From assembly GCA_038861545.1 (NCBI GenBank), contig JAWCCZ010000004.1:1-64000 (forward strand): a stretch of DNA of 64,000 nt. The letters are read 5' to 3'. Origin of the DNA: Thermofilaceae archaeon. GTDB lineage: Archaea > Thermoproteota > Thermoprotei > Thermofilales > Thermofilaceae. Shown in pieces: positions 40,438 to 50,545 of the stretch (positions within the stretch are counted from its first letter, which is position 1; the number at the start of each line of letters is the position of its first letter). The position numbers and the translations under genes are program-made. The notes under the pieces are model-generated. The model saw only the letters and a list, made by a program, of their open reading frames with translations. It was not told the origin of the DNA and searched no databases.

Positions 40438-41238
40438 TTAAACCCTCAGTCTAGCTATTAGTGACTCGGGTAAGCCACCAGCAGCGGTAACGGCTCCGAT
40501 ACTTAAGGCCGCGGCTACAGTAGTGGAAAGCGTGAACCACGCTACGCAATCTCCCATTGCTTTAGCATCGTTTATTACTTCTTCTACCGCCCCTGCAAAA
40601 TATTGCGCTATCCCTGCAATCGGGATTCCAATGTACTTGAACCTTAACTCAGCAGCTGCACTATTCAAGTAGGGCGCGGCTACACCTACATAGACCTGGA
40701 GAGTAACAATACTAATCGCTAATGTAGGGCCTACCCTTTTAAACCTACTTATTCCTGTTAATACGATACCTAGGCTAGCTAGCGGTGAACCATAGATAGA
40801 ACAGAGGCGCGAGGCAACAAGGAGCGCTGTGCTGACCGTCATTAGGTATGTAGCGAAAAAATTTGCTAGGCTGCAAGCTGCATGCCATGTAGCAGCTAAA
40901 GGAGCCAATATACCAGTCAATGTAATATCTCGGGCTACATTAGCTAAATCCATTACGTAAGTCGTGTACCTATCCCTCGTTTGAAGGCAAAGTTGCTCAG
41001 CTTCAGCTGGGGATACTGAAAATATACCAAAAGCCGAAAGTATTATCTGTGAAGAAAGCAGAATAGCAGCCAGGATAAGGCCTAAAACCGCACTTTCAAA
41101 GGCATCGTATATTGTGACAAACCCTTTAGCTTTAATCTGTGGTGAAGGATTACTCAAGAGCCATGCTCCATAGAGTACCTCTATTGCAATGAAGGCGAAT
41201 GTAAAACCATATGCTGTCAAATCTATGCTGACTACCAT
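40438..41238 (-). CDS. CedA/TedA (VirB6-like) polytopic membrane protein
   Basis: 266 aa, ~6 TM; GAWLLSNPSPQIKAKGFVTIYDAFESAVL and LGIVLTGISRFKRVGPTL resemble CedA-type patterns; sits between the pilin and VirB4 genes. Confidence 0.7.
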   Translation of the reverse strand: MVVSIDLTAYGFTFAFIAIEVLYGAWLLSNPSPQIKAKGFVTIYDAFESAVLGLILAAILLSSQIILSAFGIFSVSPAEAEQLCLQTRDRYTTYVMDLANVARDITLTGILAPLAATWHAACSLANFFATYLMTVSTALLVASRLCSIYGSPLASLGIVLTGISRFKRVGPTLAISIVTLQVYVGVAAPYLNSAAAELRFKYIGIPIAGIAQYFAGAVEEVINDAKAMGDCVAWFTLSTTVAAALSIGAVTAAGGLPESLIARLRV

Positions 41239-41283
41239 AGCAATCGTAATTATAAACAGTTAAAAGATTATTTATAATTATCG

Positions 41284-41667
41284 TCACGGCTGCATGAATA
41301 TTTCGTTCCAACTAACAGTGAAAGGAGTTCCTTGAGGTAATAGGCCTATTGACACTAGTATGTCAGGTAGCCAGGCTACTAAGGCTAGAGAAAGCAACCA
41401 AAATATTGGACCTTCTAGGGTTTCGTAAAGGTCTCTGAGAGCACTACCCGAGTACACGCCACCGACTTGCTTTTTAAGTCCAGCTATCGCCGCTCGTATT
41501 AGTGAAGCTAGGAAAACTAATAAACCTGTTATTGTTATTGCTAATTTAATAGTTAGAATTGCGTAGCTTTGTAAAGCGTTAATATTTACAATGGGACCTT
41601 GGGCTTGAATAAGAGGTAAAGTAAACAAAACAAATACAACAAAAACTGCAATTATATTGCCTTTCAT
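41284..41667 (-). CDS. VirB2-like conjugative-type pilin (TedC/CedA1-like)
   Basis: Signal peptide ending IQA|QG, then two hydrophobic helices joined by a short charged loop; context. Confidence 0.65.
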   Translation of the reverse strand: MKGNIIAVFVVFVLFTLPLIQAQGPIVNINALQSYAILTIKLAITITGLLVFLASLIRAAIAGLKKQVGGVYSGSALRDLYETLEGPIFWLLSLALVAWLPDILVSIGLLPQGTPFTVSWNEIFMQP

Positions 41668-41692
41668 AATAATTAAATAGAGGTATTATATT

Positions 41693-42064
41693 TTAATTTT
41701 TCGATTGTTCTACAGGCATTATTTCCACGCAGTTCTTCTCGTTGCTGTAAAATATTCTCAACCGCACTCTACCTTTCGGTAAGGTATTTACACCTGTGTC
41801 TTTGCAAGCCTGATAGACCTTAATAGATAACCCGCATTCTTCTGAATATAATAAGATTGTATCCCCCTTCAATATATCTATCTTGGGTAAATCGTACACG
41901 TCGGTTATAGTACCTCTATTAATGGAAATGTATAGAAGGTCCCTTGACAATCTCCTGATATCTATGCATTTATCGTCTAATCTAAGGCTGAGCGCGTTAA
42001 TGGAGCTAATGGTGATACATACCATTGAAACCATGAAAACAATAAATAGAATTGCTTTCTCCAT
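41693..42064 (-). CDS. small protein with N-terminal TM, minor-pilin-like
   Basis: MEKA followed by a hydrophobic helix and a Cys-containing globular part. Confidence 0.6.
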   Translation of the reverse strand: MEKAILFIVFMVSMVCITISSINALSLRLDDKCIDIRRLSRDLLYISINRGTITDVYDLPKIDILKGDTILLYSEECGLSIKVYQACKDTGVNTLPKGRVRLRIFYSNEKNCVEIMPVEQSKN

Positions 42065-42074
42065 TTAACCACCT

Positions 42075-42698
42075 TTACGGAGGTATTCTTAAAATAATAC
42101 CAAATTCATCTCTCAGCTTAATCCGCTCTGGGACGCCGATTATCCACTTGCAGGGTCCATCTGGTTTTATATCAGCTATTTTCTCCGGGTCGGGGTGTAT
42201 AAGGGGGCATAGTGTAATATTAAAGAAAGGACTAACGTATCGGTGTATGTAGCTCACAGAAAAGCTGACCATATTGCATACTGCGCCCGAAATCGCTTTA
42301 ACGTATGTGTGTCCCTTGGTTACCCTTATCTCCACCTGAATCTTCACTTTAGTGTTTCCTGTTAGGGTTCTAACTTCGAAATCGGTTACATTAATTAGGT
42401 ATGTTGTCTCACCGTAGCTGAAGCGAAGTGTAGAGACGCTGAAGTTTGTAACTTCAAATAGTAGTAAGTTATAGCTTTCATTCATTGAATATAGTTGTTC
42501 AAGTAAGCTCTGGAGAACCTCGCTATTGCAGCTTTCTGTAGTTAGGCAAGCTCTTGCTAAGTGAACTAGCATTGCGGCCTGAAGATGCCCACGCTCGTAC
42601 ACGTAGATAGGCTCCTCCGGTAACGTTGAAACTATTGCAATGATTATTACAGCTAAAGCGGTAACGCCTAGTAAGGCAAACTGTGCTGTATGTTTCAT
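42075..42698 (-). CDS. minor-pilin-like protein
   Basis: MKHTA|QFALLGVTALAVIIIAIV resembles a class III signal; beta-rich body. Confidence 0.6.
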   Translation of the reverse strand: MKHTAQFALLGVTALAVIIIAIVSTLPEEPIYVYERGHLQAAMLVHLARACLTTESCNSEVLQSLLEQLYSMNESYNLLLFEVTNFSVSTLRFSYGETTYLINVTDFEVRTLTGNTKVKIQVEIRVTKGHTYVKAISGAVCNMVSFSVSYIHRYVSPFFNITLCPLIHPDPEKIADIKPDGPCKWIIGVPERIKLRDEFGIILRIPP

Positions 42699-42709
42699 CT
42701 AACCTCACC

Positions 42710-43039
42710 TCAAGGCTTAACGCAAGCCCTAAGGACATCCACGTTGTTAGTAGATACATCAAAGATTGCGAAAGCATAGCAGATGCTTTTCTGGATGGTA
42801 TTGGAAGAAGATAATGAAACCTCATTTACCCATAGCTCGACTAAGTGATCACCTAGCGTGGTAATGGTTAAGTTAACGGCCGTAGCTGTATCCTGGGAGC
42901 ATAAAAGAACCCAGGCTAAAGCTCTTTGAACTGAAACTTGATGAACCGGTGTAATTTGTTTTACAACAATCGCTGTAAAGTAGGTTAGTGCGAGAGTTGT
43001 AATCATTGCTATAGCAAGAGATTCTAGATGTCTCATCAA
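42710..43039 (-). CDS. minor-pilin-like protein
   Basis: MMRHLESLAIAMITTLAL: short basic leader, Glu, hydrophobic helix. Confidence 0.6.
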   Translation of the reverse strand: MMRHLESLAIAMITTLALTYFTAIVVKQITPVHQVSVQRALAWVLLCSQDTATAVNLTITTLGDHLVELWVNEVSLSSSNTIQKSICYAFAIFDVSTNNVDVLRACVKP

Positions 43040-43158
43040 AGTAGGGTTTAACTTTTAAGTCGGTAACTAGAGTCGTAGAGGACATGAATACCTGAACTTT
43101 CAAACTTACCTAAATTGACTTTCTAGTTTTCCGCAATCGAAGCTTACCTAACGTGTAA

Positions 43159-43482
43159 CTAAGTGTCGCAGCCTTCCGAATAATCTCCCATGATTTTAAT
43201 ACAAGCCGGAAAACTAGGTGTGCTGCCTTTAGCATAATGCAAACGCGTGATATAACATTCACCTGCTTGGCAGACCTGTACCCCTCGATCGCTAACCTTG
43301 AATGCAACGGGTTTTGGAAGAATTATTATAATTTCAGCGTCAGTTGGAGAGCTATTTATGGCTTTTGCGACTAATTCAGGGTAGCAGTCGTACTTTAAGT
43401 TCCAAAGCCTTAACGCTAAGGAGAATAATCCAACCATAAGGAAAACTTCAGCCAACGCCACTAGAGTTTCATCAACTGCCAC
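43159..43482 (-). CDS. minor-pilin-like protein
   Basis: N-terminal hydrophobic helix, Cys-rich body; overlaps the stop of the upstream gene. Confidence 0.6.
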   Translation of the reverse strand: MAVDETLVALAEVFLMVGLFSLALRLWNLKYDCYPELVAKAINSSPTDAEIIIILPKPVAFKVSDRGVQVCQAGECYITRLHYAKGSTPSFPACIKIMGDYSEGCDT

Positions 43483-44065
43483 AGAATACCACCTTCAATT
43501 TTCGTAACCTAACTTCGCGATAGCCTTTCCAGGTATAGATAACGTTTCCATTAACTGCAATTAAACCAAAGTTCCGTGAGAATAAATGACCTACATATGT
43601 ATCGGCTGCCTGAGTTACCACTAAGCAACCGTTACTATGAGAAATATCTGTTGCAACGTACGTTATGATTAGATGCACCCCGTTTTCAATTACGTCGACA
43701 GAACTGATGACTCCTGCATGTGTGCTGTTGCCCCATACCTTCCATAATGTAGGAAGACCTTCTTCAAAGGGGTTTTGAGGAGAGCCGGGTGAGCCGCTTG
43801 CCTCATATAATACTAAAACTCTCTTTAATGGGAAAGTATAGTTAACGCCATCTATACATGAATCAATCATAAAGTCTCTTTCTTCTAGTGTTACCGATAA
43901 TCCCTCTGGCATATTAGCATAACCACGCGTTAGGGCATCCCTTAAAATAAAAGCCACTTTATAATCGTAACTGGGTTTGAAAGCCATTATTCCTATTACT
44001 GTGAACATTATCATGAAGGAGACAACAATTATAGTTAATGCCAATACTAGGTAATTCACTACCAT
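43472..44065 (-). CDS. minor-pilin-like protein
   Basis: N-terminal hydrophobic helix and beta-rich body; first gene of the minus-strand run. Confidence 0.62.
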   Translation of the reverse strand: MVVNYLVLALTIIVVSFMIMFTVIGIMAFKPSYDYKVAFILRDALTRGYANMPEGLSVTLEERDFMIDSCIDGVNYTFPLKRVLVLYEASGSPGSPQNPFEEGLPTLWKVWGNSTHAGVISSVDVIENGVHLIITYVATDISHSNGCLVVTQAADTYVGHLFSRNFGLIAVNGNVIYTWKGYREVRLRKLKVVFCGS

Positions 44066-44309
44066 ACACTCTTAAGTTACTCCTTAAAATAAAAATCTTC
44101 CTCAAAGTTCTAAAGACCTCTTAGAGATGAGTGACAAGTTACGTTAGCTTAAACCCTTCCTTGCGGCTTTCCTTGCTATAAACCCAAGCATGAAGATTTA
44201 CCAATAAACAATAACTAGGAGACCAATTAATGTCACAACTTTTACTGAGAGAACTTGAATGACCAAAAAATATAATAATATCTTAATTTAACAATTATAA
44301 CTGGTAAAT

Positions 44310-44660
44310 ATGACTTTCAAGAGGGAAGAAAAGGTTGAGAGTGAAAACAAGGATTTCTTCAGAGAATATGAATCTACTAAAGCAAGAATGACTTCTTCGA
44401 ACGCCCATAAAGGACAGACGACAACTCCTGATGCAATAGAAATCCCAATGCAACGGGCGGATAAGTATACTTCACTCGACAGCTTAGTAGCAAGTTTGAA
44501 AATACTTAATTTTGACACAAAACCCCTTGAAGCATTGAGGGATTACGCTAAAAGGTTGGAGGAGGAGGAAAGCCGTCTGCTCAAGGAAATTCAAGATAAG
44601 CAAAGAATCTTAGAGAAAGTTCGTTCTGCTAGAGATATTCTGAGAAAACTCGGACTATAA
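44310..44660 (+). CDS. coiled-coil protein
   Basis: C-terminal heptads (LEEEESRLLKEIQDKQRILEKV); directly upstream of the secretion ATPase. Confidence 0.75.
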   Translation: MTFKREEKVESENKDFFREYESTKARMTSSNAHKGQTTTPDAIEIPMQRADKYTSLDSLVASLKILNFDTKPLEALRDYAKRLEEEESRLLKEIQDKQRILEKVRSARDILRKLGL

Positions 44661-44676
44661 TTATAAGTGAATCATT

Positions 44677-46176
44677 ATGCCCATCGGAAAGACTGCTCAA
44701 AAAATTCGGAAAATAGTACCAACGAGAGAAGGCAAAAATATACCTGAGGAAAGATCCTTGCAGCTACAGAATACGCTGTTAGCTAAAGAGAAAGACTGTG
44801 CTAAACAGTCCACCGAAAATCAAGTAAACGATAACGTCTATTCAACTTCATCATTTAACACACTACTTCAGCTGGGTTCTTTTACTACCACCTATCTTCA
44901 GCCAAAAGTAGAGTTAGGACAAACATTAAGTAAAAAGAAAGAAGGACTTCGTAAACCCAGAATGCCTGTAATAAAACTAAAGGAACCCTCAAAACTAGAA
45001 GGTGTTGAGGTACCTTTGCCTCCAATGTCCGGAAAAATCATACATATAACTAGTGGAGATATAGTTTTAGGTGATGGAAAAGTTAGAGTTTATTGCTTTA
45101 GTGAAGGCCCATGGGGGCCGCTGCAACCCCTTGCCGATTACCCCGAAACCCAAGAAATTTTCATTACTGAAAAATCCGGTTTACTCAACATAACTGCCAG
45201 TATTTCTGGAAAAAGATTCTTCGTAGAACTACCGCGAGAACTTATCGCCGAAAGACTCGCACAACGAATTGCCATTATGTCCGGTATGAGACTCTCGGAA
45301 AGGGAGCCGCAGGCTTCGGGAGAATACTGTGGTTGGAGGGTTAACATCTCCCTACCACAGCTTTCAGGTGGGTGGCAGATTGCAGCAGTTAGGGTAGTTA
45401 GAGTCGAACCATTCAAAGAAAATCCACTCCTCCTAGCTAGACTGTTGGCCTTAGCCGCTATGCCCTCATCTATCGCCTTTGTGGGACCACCAGGCTCTGG
45501 AAAAACTACAACTTTAATTAGAGTCTTAAAAGAAATGGTAAGATTGTGGCCTCACCTCAGGGTTAGCATTGTGGAAGAGGAACCCGAAGTTGCTGTGCAG
45601 GTACAGGGTCCATGCGTGATTTCCTATTTCTCCTTCGCTGGCCGTAAAGTTACAGATAATATACGTGCGACAAGGAGGTATGACAGACCCGATATCCTTG
45701 TGGTAGGTGAGCTCAAGGGTGAAGAAGTACCGAGCTGGTTTGAGGCGGCAGGTAGTGGTATACCGGTTTTTACAACAGCCCATAGCGTTACATTGAGTGA
45801 TCTTCTAAGACGGTTAGATTCGCTAATTCAAGCCAATGGTATCCATGGAGCGAGCGTAGTTGATGTTGTCAGAGTATGGGTTATATGTGGAAAAGTCATA
45901 GATTCGATTGGTAGTGTAAAGCGAGACATTTTAGCGGTTTATACTACCATGCCTAATGGGCTTCAGCCTATCTATAAGCCTGGGAGGTATCTTCCAGAAG
46001 ATGAATTTCTGGAATTGCTACCTCCTGAGCTACAGTTATCAATTAATAACGAATACGACTCGGTTGATGTTTACAGCAGCATTAAAGAAGCTCTTGACGC
46101 TACAATAAGTAATGTGCGGTTTGAACACTTAGATTCTATCCCCTTACAAGAGGTGCGAGGACATGAGGCTTTTTAA
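44677..46176 (+). CDS. TadA/CpaF/VirB11-family secretion ATPase
   Basis: GPPGSGKTT, Asp box SIVEEEPEV, R..RPDILVVGELKGEE, His box TTAHS. Confidence 0.9.
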   Translation: MPIGKTAQKIRKIVPTREGKNIPEERSLQLQNTLLAKEKDCAKQSTENQVNDNVYSTSSFNTLLQLGSFTTTYLQPKVELGQTLSKKKEGLRKPRMPVIKLKEPSKLEGVEVPLPPMSGKIIHITSGDIVLGDGKVRVYCFSEGPWGPLQPLADYPETQEIFITEKSGLLNITASISGKRFFVELPRELIAERLAQRIAIMSGMRLSEREPQASGEYCGWRVNISLPQLSGGWQIAAVRVVRVEPFKENPLLLARLLALAAMPSSIAFVGPPGSGKTTTLIRVLKEMVRLWPHLRVSIVEEEPEVAVQVQGPCVISYFSFAGRKVTDNIRATRRYDRPDILVVGELKGEEVPSWFEAAGSGIPVFTTAHSVTLSDLLRRLDSLIQANGIHGASVVDVVRVWVICGKVIDSIGSVKRDILAVYTTMPNGLQPIYKPGRYLPEDEFLELLPPELQLSINNEYDSVDVYSSIKEALDATISNVRFEHLDSIPLQEVRGHEAF

Positions 46177-46411
46177 CATTTTTAAGAAAGGAGATGAGTT
46201 TGAGATTGAAATCAGGGAAGCCCGGAAGCTTGCTAAAAGAGCGCTAAAGAAGATGAAAGGTATCGAGAAAGCTACCCGGAAGTCCAAGTTCAAGAAAAAG
46301 AAGTGGGGCGAAATACTTGAATTTCTGCTTCCAGAAGAGCTTTTAGATCCTACCGATTATTCTGAAAGCGAGGTAATAGGCTCACATTTTTCCTACAATA
46401 AGGAGCTCTAG
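46163..46411 (+). CDS. small basic hypothetical protein
   Basis: Overlaps the ATPase stop, GAGG upstream, Lys-rich helix. Confidence 0.6.
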   Translation: MRLFNIFKKGDEFEIEIREARKLAKRALKKMKGIEKATRKSKFKKKKWGEILEFLLPEELLDPTDYSESEVIGSHFSYNKEL

Positions 46412-47065
46412 TAATCTAACGATAGAAGCATCGAATTCTTCAGAGGTTAAATCAATGGTTTTCTTTAGAGTCTGAGGCGATAGCCTAGCTACGGCGGAAT
46501 CATATGGTATAACCACGTACTGACAACCAGTTTTCTTACAAAAGTTATCTATTACTTTCCTGTAGTATTCCACTATAGTTTGGTAATAAGGTCTAGGTTG
46601 ATTTAAGGCTATTATCACATGTTTATCACCAAATGTATAAAGAGACGTGCTAACTGAGGCCGGATTGGGTTCCGTAACAACAAGAATCGTGTCGGTAACT
46701 TCAATAAGGGGCATATACCTGCCGACAGTATCTACATCGGTTAGCGCTGGAAGATCTATAATTTTAATTTTAAATCCTAGAGATTTTACAAATTCAATTA
46801 CTTCATTTACATTCCTTATAGGTCCTCTATTTACTGATATAGTTAACTTAAGGTCCTTCACGTTTACACTCCTAAGTGATTCACTTGGACTCTCGGAAAG
46901 GTAAGGACCTGAAACTTCTCCAACTAGGTAAGAAGTTGCTCCACCGTCCGCGCTAGCATCTATGAGAAGCGTGGGTACTACAGTTGAAGAAACTAAGCTA
47001 AGAAAAGAGGCTAAAGTTGTTTTACCGGTACCCCCCTTGCTACCGCTAAACGTGGCTACTATCAT
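46382..47065 (-). CDS. ParA/MinD-family ATPase
   Basis: Deviant Walker A KGGTGKTT, LLIDA, IIDLPA, ALNQ, IPYD. Confidence 0.9.
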   Translation of the reverse strand: MIVATFSGSKGGTGKTTLASFLSLVSSTVVPTLLIDASADGGATSYLVGEVSGPYLSESPSESLRSVNVKDLKLTISVNRGPIRNVNEVIEFVKSLGFKIKIIDLPALTDVDTVGRYMPLIEVTDTILVVTEPNPASVSTSLYTFGDKHVIIALNQPRPYYQTIVEYYRKVIDNFCKKTGCQYVVIPYDSAVARLSPQTLKKTIDLTSEEFDASIVRLLELLIVGKM

Positions 47066-47142
47066 AATCTATAATTAAAATAGTATAATAATTTAAACTT
47101 TACGCATATTTACGCTTACTGCAGCTTAATGCGACTCTGAAT

Positions 47143-50100
47143 TTAGAGTCTTGGGGGGTATCTTATTGGTAATGGAATTATTATATAAATCTTGTTGTAA
47201 TTAGAAAATATACCTGACACCGGCTTAAGATATGCTGCTATCCACTTTTCCCTAATACCTATTCCAATGTTTAGTTTATCTTTCGGAATCTTATCTTTAA
47301 AGTAAAATACTTTAACGAGTCTTCTTGATCCCTCTTTAATGTCCCATTCTTCAATCTCGATGATTATATCTGCGTGCCAAGGTGCTTCTCCCAGAAAACT
47401 TTCGCCTACGTTTCCACTCGTAAAACATTGCCAGCCAATGCTCAAGCTATCCGCTTCCCAATTCACTGATACCACAGTTGCTGGTACAAGGGTTACGTTT
47501 ACTGGAGCTGAAAGCTGATATTTAGTCAACCTAGCGCTTGAAGCGGTACCAAGGTTGTGTTGCCATCTGACCCAAATCTGGAAAGGCTGCATGTAGCTTC
47601 CGGTAGAGTTTTTCAAGCCTGCGGGATAGACCTTCTCGTAGAAAAGTAAACTGTCACCCAGGTTCAAGCTATAGGTAACACTATCCTCTCTAAGGCTTGT
47701 AGGCTGGTAGCTCCAAAAGCCTATTTCCCCCTTATATGATTCGAGTGATACTCCTAGCTCTTCTGTAGGTAAGCCTAGTGTCGCATTAACGCTGCTAGGC
47801 GGCTTGTACTTCCACATTAGTGTAACGTTTAACGATACTATAGTTGTTCTACGCCTTAGCTGTGGAGAATACTCTTCAAAACGGTATGATGGTGTTATAT
47901 TTACAATCTCAAGTTGCGAAACTACAACTGGCTGCCGGATCTTTAACCCACTGTCTAAGTGATGGAAAATTAAGTTATATACAGCGTAAGTTACGTTGCC
48001 AATCCAAAGCTGCGACGCATCTACGGTTGAGCTTGCCTGGCTAAGTACAGCTTCTGGGTTCCATGCAACTAATGCCAGAAAATACCAATTTTTGTATAAT
48101 GATGGTATATTACCGTCTATTATTTGAGGGAAAATACCTATGCTACTTGCATTCCATTTAACCACGCACTTCGAACCAGTACACGTCTCACAAGAATCCG
48201 CTACTCTACTCCAGTCTACGGTCATGTTTACTTTCAACCAAGAAAATGGAACGTAAACAACCTCTGAACCATTAGTTAACATGACATAAATTTTGGCACT
48301 ATTATCGGTTACTCTATCAGGGTAGAAAATTGTTACATTTACCATCCACAGCCCAGATAATCCCCATATTCTATTCAGTAAAGGATTTGGTAAACCTTCA
48401 CCTGGTAGGAATATCGATCGATTTGTCAGAAGCATAGGTGAATGGTAAACATAACCTTCGGGAGCGTAACAGGCGGTAATAGTAGTTACGTTACTGGGGC
48501 GTAATCCAAATATTGTACTCCCCTTCACCTCTTGACCGTTAACGTCCCAATACTTTAAAACGAAATTCGTTGAATTCAGCTTAATCACTGACAGGTTTAC
48601 CTTACCTGTACTCCCACTATTATAGATTGTTATATAGCCATTAATATTTATATTCAATGCCGTCTTTGTAGTCCAACGAGTTGAGCCGCTACTTAAGTCG
48701 GTGATCAGGGCAGAACACCTCCAAAGCGGTGCATCCGGAGAAGGGCATATATAAACGTCTATGTCGGGGTTATTCCAAGAGGATCCTATCTTTATCACGC
48801 TGGCTGTCACGTCGTATGTTCCAGAGAAATACTGATTCCATCGATAAATCCCTCTTCCTAGCGTGATGTCTAAGACCCCCTCTAGAATCCTCACTGTAGC
48901 AGTTATCTGTAGGGGAGCAGTGAACATGTACCTGTTACTTACAACGAAACCTTGAGTATTGGAACCGTTTAAGCAAAGTAGAGGAGACACGTAAACGTCG
49001 TCCACTACGCCCTGCAACTGCACCATATCGTTCACCCAAGAGTTCTCAGGTAATGGTGTTAAGATGCGAGCTCGGAGCAACATATTAGGCTCGTATTTGT
49101 AAGCAGCTAAGGTTCCAACAATATAGTTTGCTGTGACACCGCCGGTAACTGTAGCATCCTCCACAAAACCTGTCCAATACCATTGGCTCGGAGATGATAG
49201 TCGAGCGTAACCTGTCCACCACCCTGCGAACTTATAGCCCGGCGCGGGCTGCGCTATGGCGGCATAGGCTGTCATAGCGGTACTAGACCAGCTGCGCACT
49301 CTTATACGGATAGGTTCATTTTTCAACTCTATGTCTAAGCTCTTAACCTCTAAGTCCATGGATCCCTGGTGATAGGTTAACTGGAGCCACCCGTTGCGGG
49401 TGCCTTTCTCGACCCATAGGTCGCCGATACCTTCAGCCTTGTAGTAAACCCTGTAAATGCCCGTCAGGTTAGCCGTGCTCATGGACGCTGTTCCCAGATA
49501 ATTGCGTGTCTTAACGAAGGAAACGTTGCCAGCTAAGCCTCCATTACCGTAAACTGAGTTGAAGGAGTGTGTCCACCCCACATTTAGCGCGGCGTAAGGC
49601 TTAGCATCCGGGTTAACAGTGATCGTGTACAAGTAACTAGAAGCAAGAGATACATTATAAGGGTAGTAGAGAGAGTAGGGACCAACTACTCGAGTATGAA
49701 ACATACCCGTTATAGGTACAATTAACTGTTGATATCTGCTCGGTGGGCTACTTTCACTTACTCTAGGATAATAGGCGCCGGTTACCCAAAACATAGCGGA
49801 ACCTATATCACCGTCTCCTGAGCCCACCTCTCTAATTCCTCCGCCCATGTATACGAATCCCTGAACTTTCCCATAATAGACAGTATAGTACATGGTAGCG
49901 CCTGTCCATCCACAGCCCACGACAGGGATACCAGAGCTCAGTTGTGCTGAGGGCCCGGCGAAACTGTACTGGTACTCAGGTGGATATAAATATACAGTGT
50001 TGTCCGTATCCGGCTGTGTAGGTGGTTTAATCGTCGGATTGTTATTATGGCCTCCAGTAGTTCCACTTTCCCAGCTAAGTGTGCACTCACAACTCTTATT

Positions 50101-50514
50101 ACCGTTCCAGCTCCAGAGGGAATTTACATAACTATGATCCGGATATAGCCAATACCACCATTTGATGTACATTTTCAGGTAATTGTAAGGTTGCCACATA
50201 CCATTATATGGCACGCTACCTTCGTAACGGTACTTTAAAGCCGCTATTGTCGGGCCTTTCTGTGAATCGTAGTCCCTAGGTATAGTGCCCCGCACACCTA
50301 TTCCGTGGACATCTTCTACCACTTCACCGTCATACCGGACGGAACAGTAGGTTGTAGAGCAACTGCTCAAAGCGATATCAGCGTCCCACCAATCCGGGTA
50401 TCCACAGAAACTGGTATTAGAGCAGTAGGGTGTTGATCTAACCTCCTTCACAGTCATATAATAGATCAAGAGAAGCATCAAAGCCAGTAAGGCTAACTTA
50501 TGTAACTTCATCAT
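47143..50514 (-). CDS. large secreted adhesin-like protein
   Basis: Signal peptide; Y/W/T/S/G/N-rich beta composition; many NxS/T sequons; one AQPAPGYKFAGWW repeat-domain motif. Confidence 0.75.
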   Translation of the reverse strand: MMKLHKLALLALMLLLIYYMTVKEVRSTPYCSNTSFCGYPDWWDADIALSSCSTTYCSVRYDGEVVEDVHGIGVRGTIPRDYDSQKGPTIAALKYRYEGSVPYNGMWQPYNYLKMYIKWWYWLYPDHSYVNSLWSWNGNKSCECTLSWESGTTGGHNNNPTIKPPTQPDTDNTVYLYPPEYQYSFAGPSAQLSSGIPVVGCGWTGATMYYTVYYGKVQGFVYMGGGIREVGSGDGDIGSAMFWVTGAYYPRVSESSPPSRYQQLIVPITGMFHTRVVGPYSLYYPYNVSLASSYLYTITVNPDAKPYAALNVGWTHSFNSVYGNGGLAGNVSFVKTRNYLGTASMSTANLTGIYRVYYKAEGIGDLWVEKGTRNGWLQLTYHQGSMDLEVKSLDIELKNEPIRIRVRSWSSTAMTAYAAIAQPAPGYKFAGWWTGYARLSSPSQWYWTGFVEDATVTGGVTANYIVGTLAAYKYEPNMLLRARILTPLPENSWVNDMVQLQGVVDDVYVSPLLCLNGSNTQGFVVSNRYMFTAPLQITATVRILEGVLDITLGRGIYRWNQYFSGTYDVTASVIKIGSSWNNPDIDVYICPSPDAPLWRCSALITDLSSGSTRWTTKTALNININGYITIYNSGSTGKVNLSVIKLNSTNFVLKYWDVNGQEVKGSTIFGLRPSNVTTITACYAPEGYVYHSPMLLTNRSIFLPGEGLPNPLLNRIWGLSGLWMVNVTIFYPDRVTDNSAKIYVMLTNGSEVVYVPFSWLKVNMTVDWSRVADSCETCTGSKCVVKWNASSIGIFPQIIDGNIPSLYKNWYFLALVAWNPEAVLSQASSTVDASQLWIGNVTYAVYNLIFHHLDSGLKIRQPVVVSQLEIVNITPSYRFEEYSPQLRRRTTIVSLNVTLMWKYKPPSSVNATLGLPTEELGVSLESYKGEIGFWSYQPTSLREDSVTYSLNLGDSLLFYEKVYPAGLKNSTGSYMQPFQIWVRWQHNLGTASSARLTKYQLSAPVNVTLVPATVVSVNWEADSLSIGWQCFTSGNVGESFLGEAPWHADIIIEIEEWDIKEGSRRLVKVFYFKDKIPKDKLNIGIGIREKWIAAYLKPVSGIFSNYNKIYIIIPLPIRYPPRL

Positions 50515-50545
50515 AGAATAAAAAAATTTTAGAGAATAAAAACTT

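Noticed and set aside
43040-43170. Possible frameshifted extension of the 107-aa minor pilin (alternative frame SYTLGKLRLRKT)
   Set aside because: No slippery site; the alternative frame stops after a few codons; cannot be supported without homologs.
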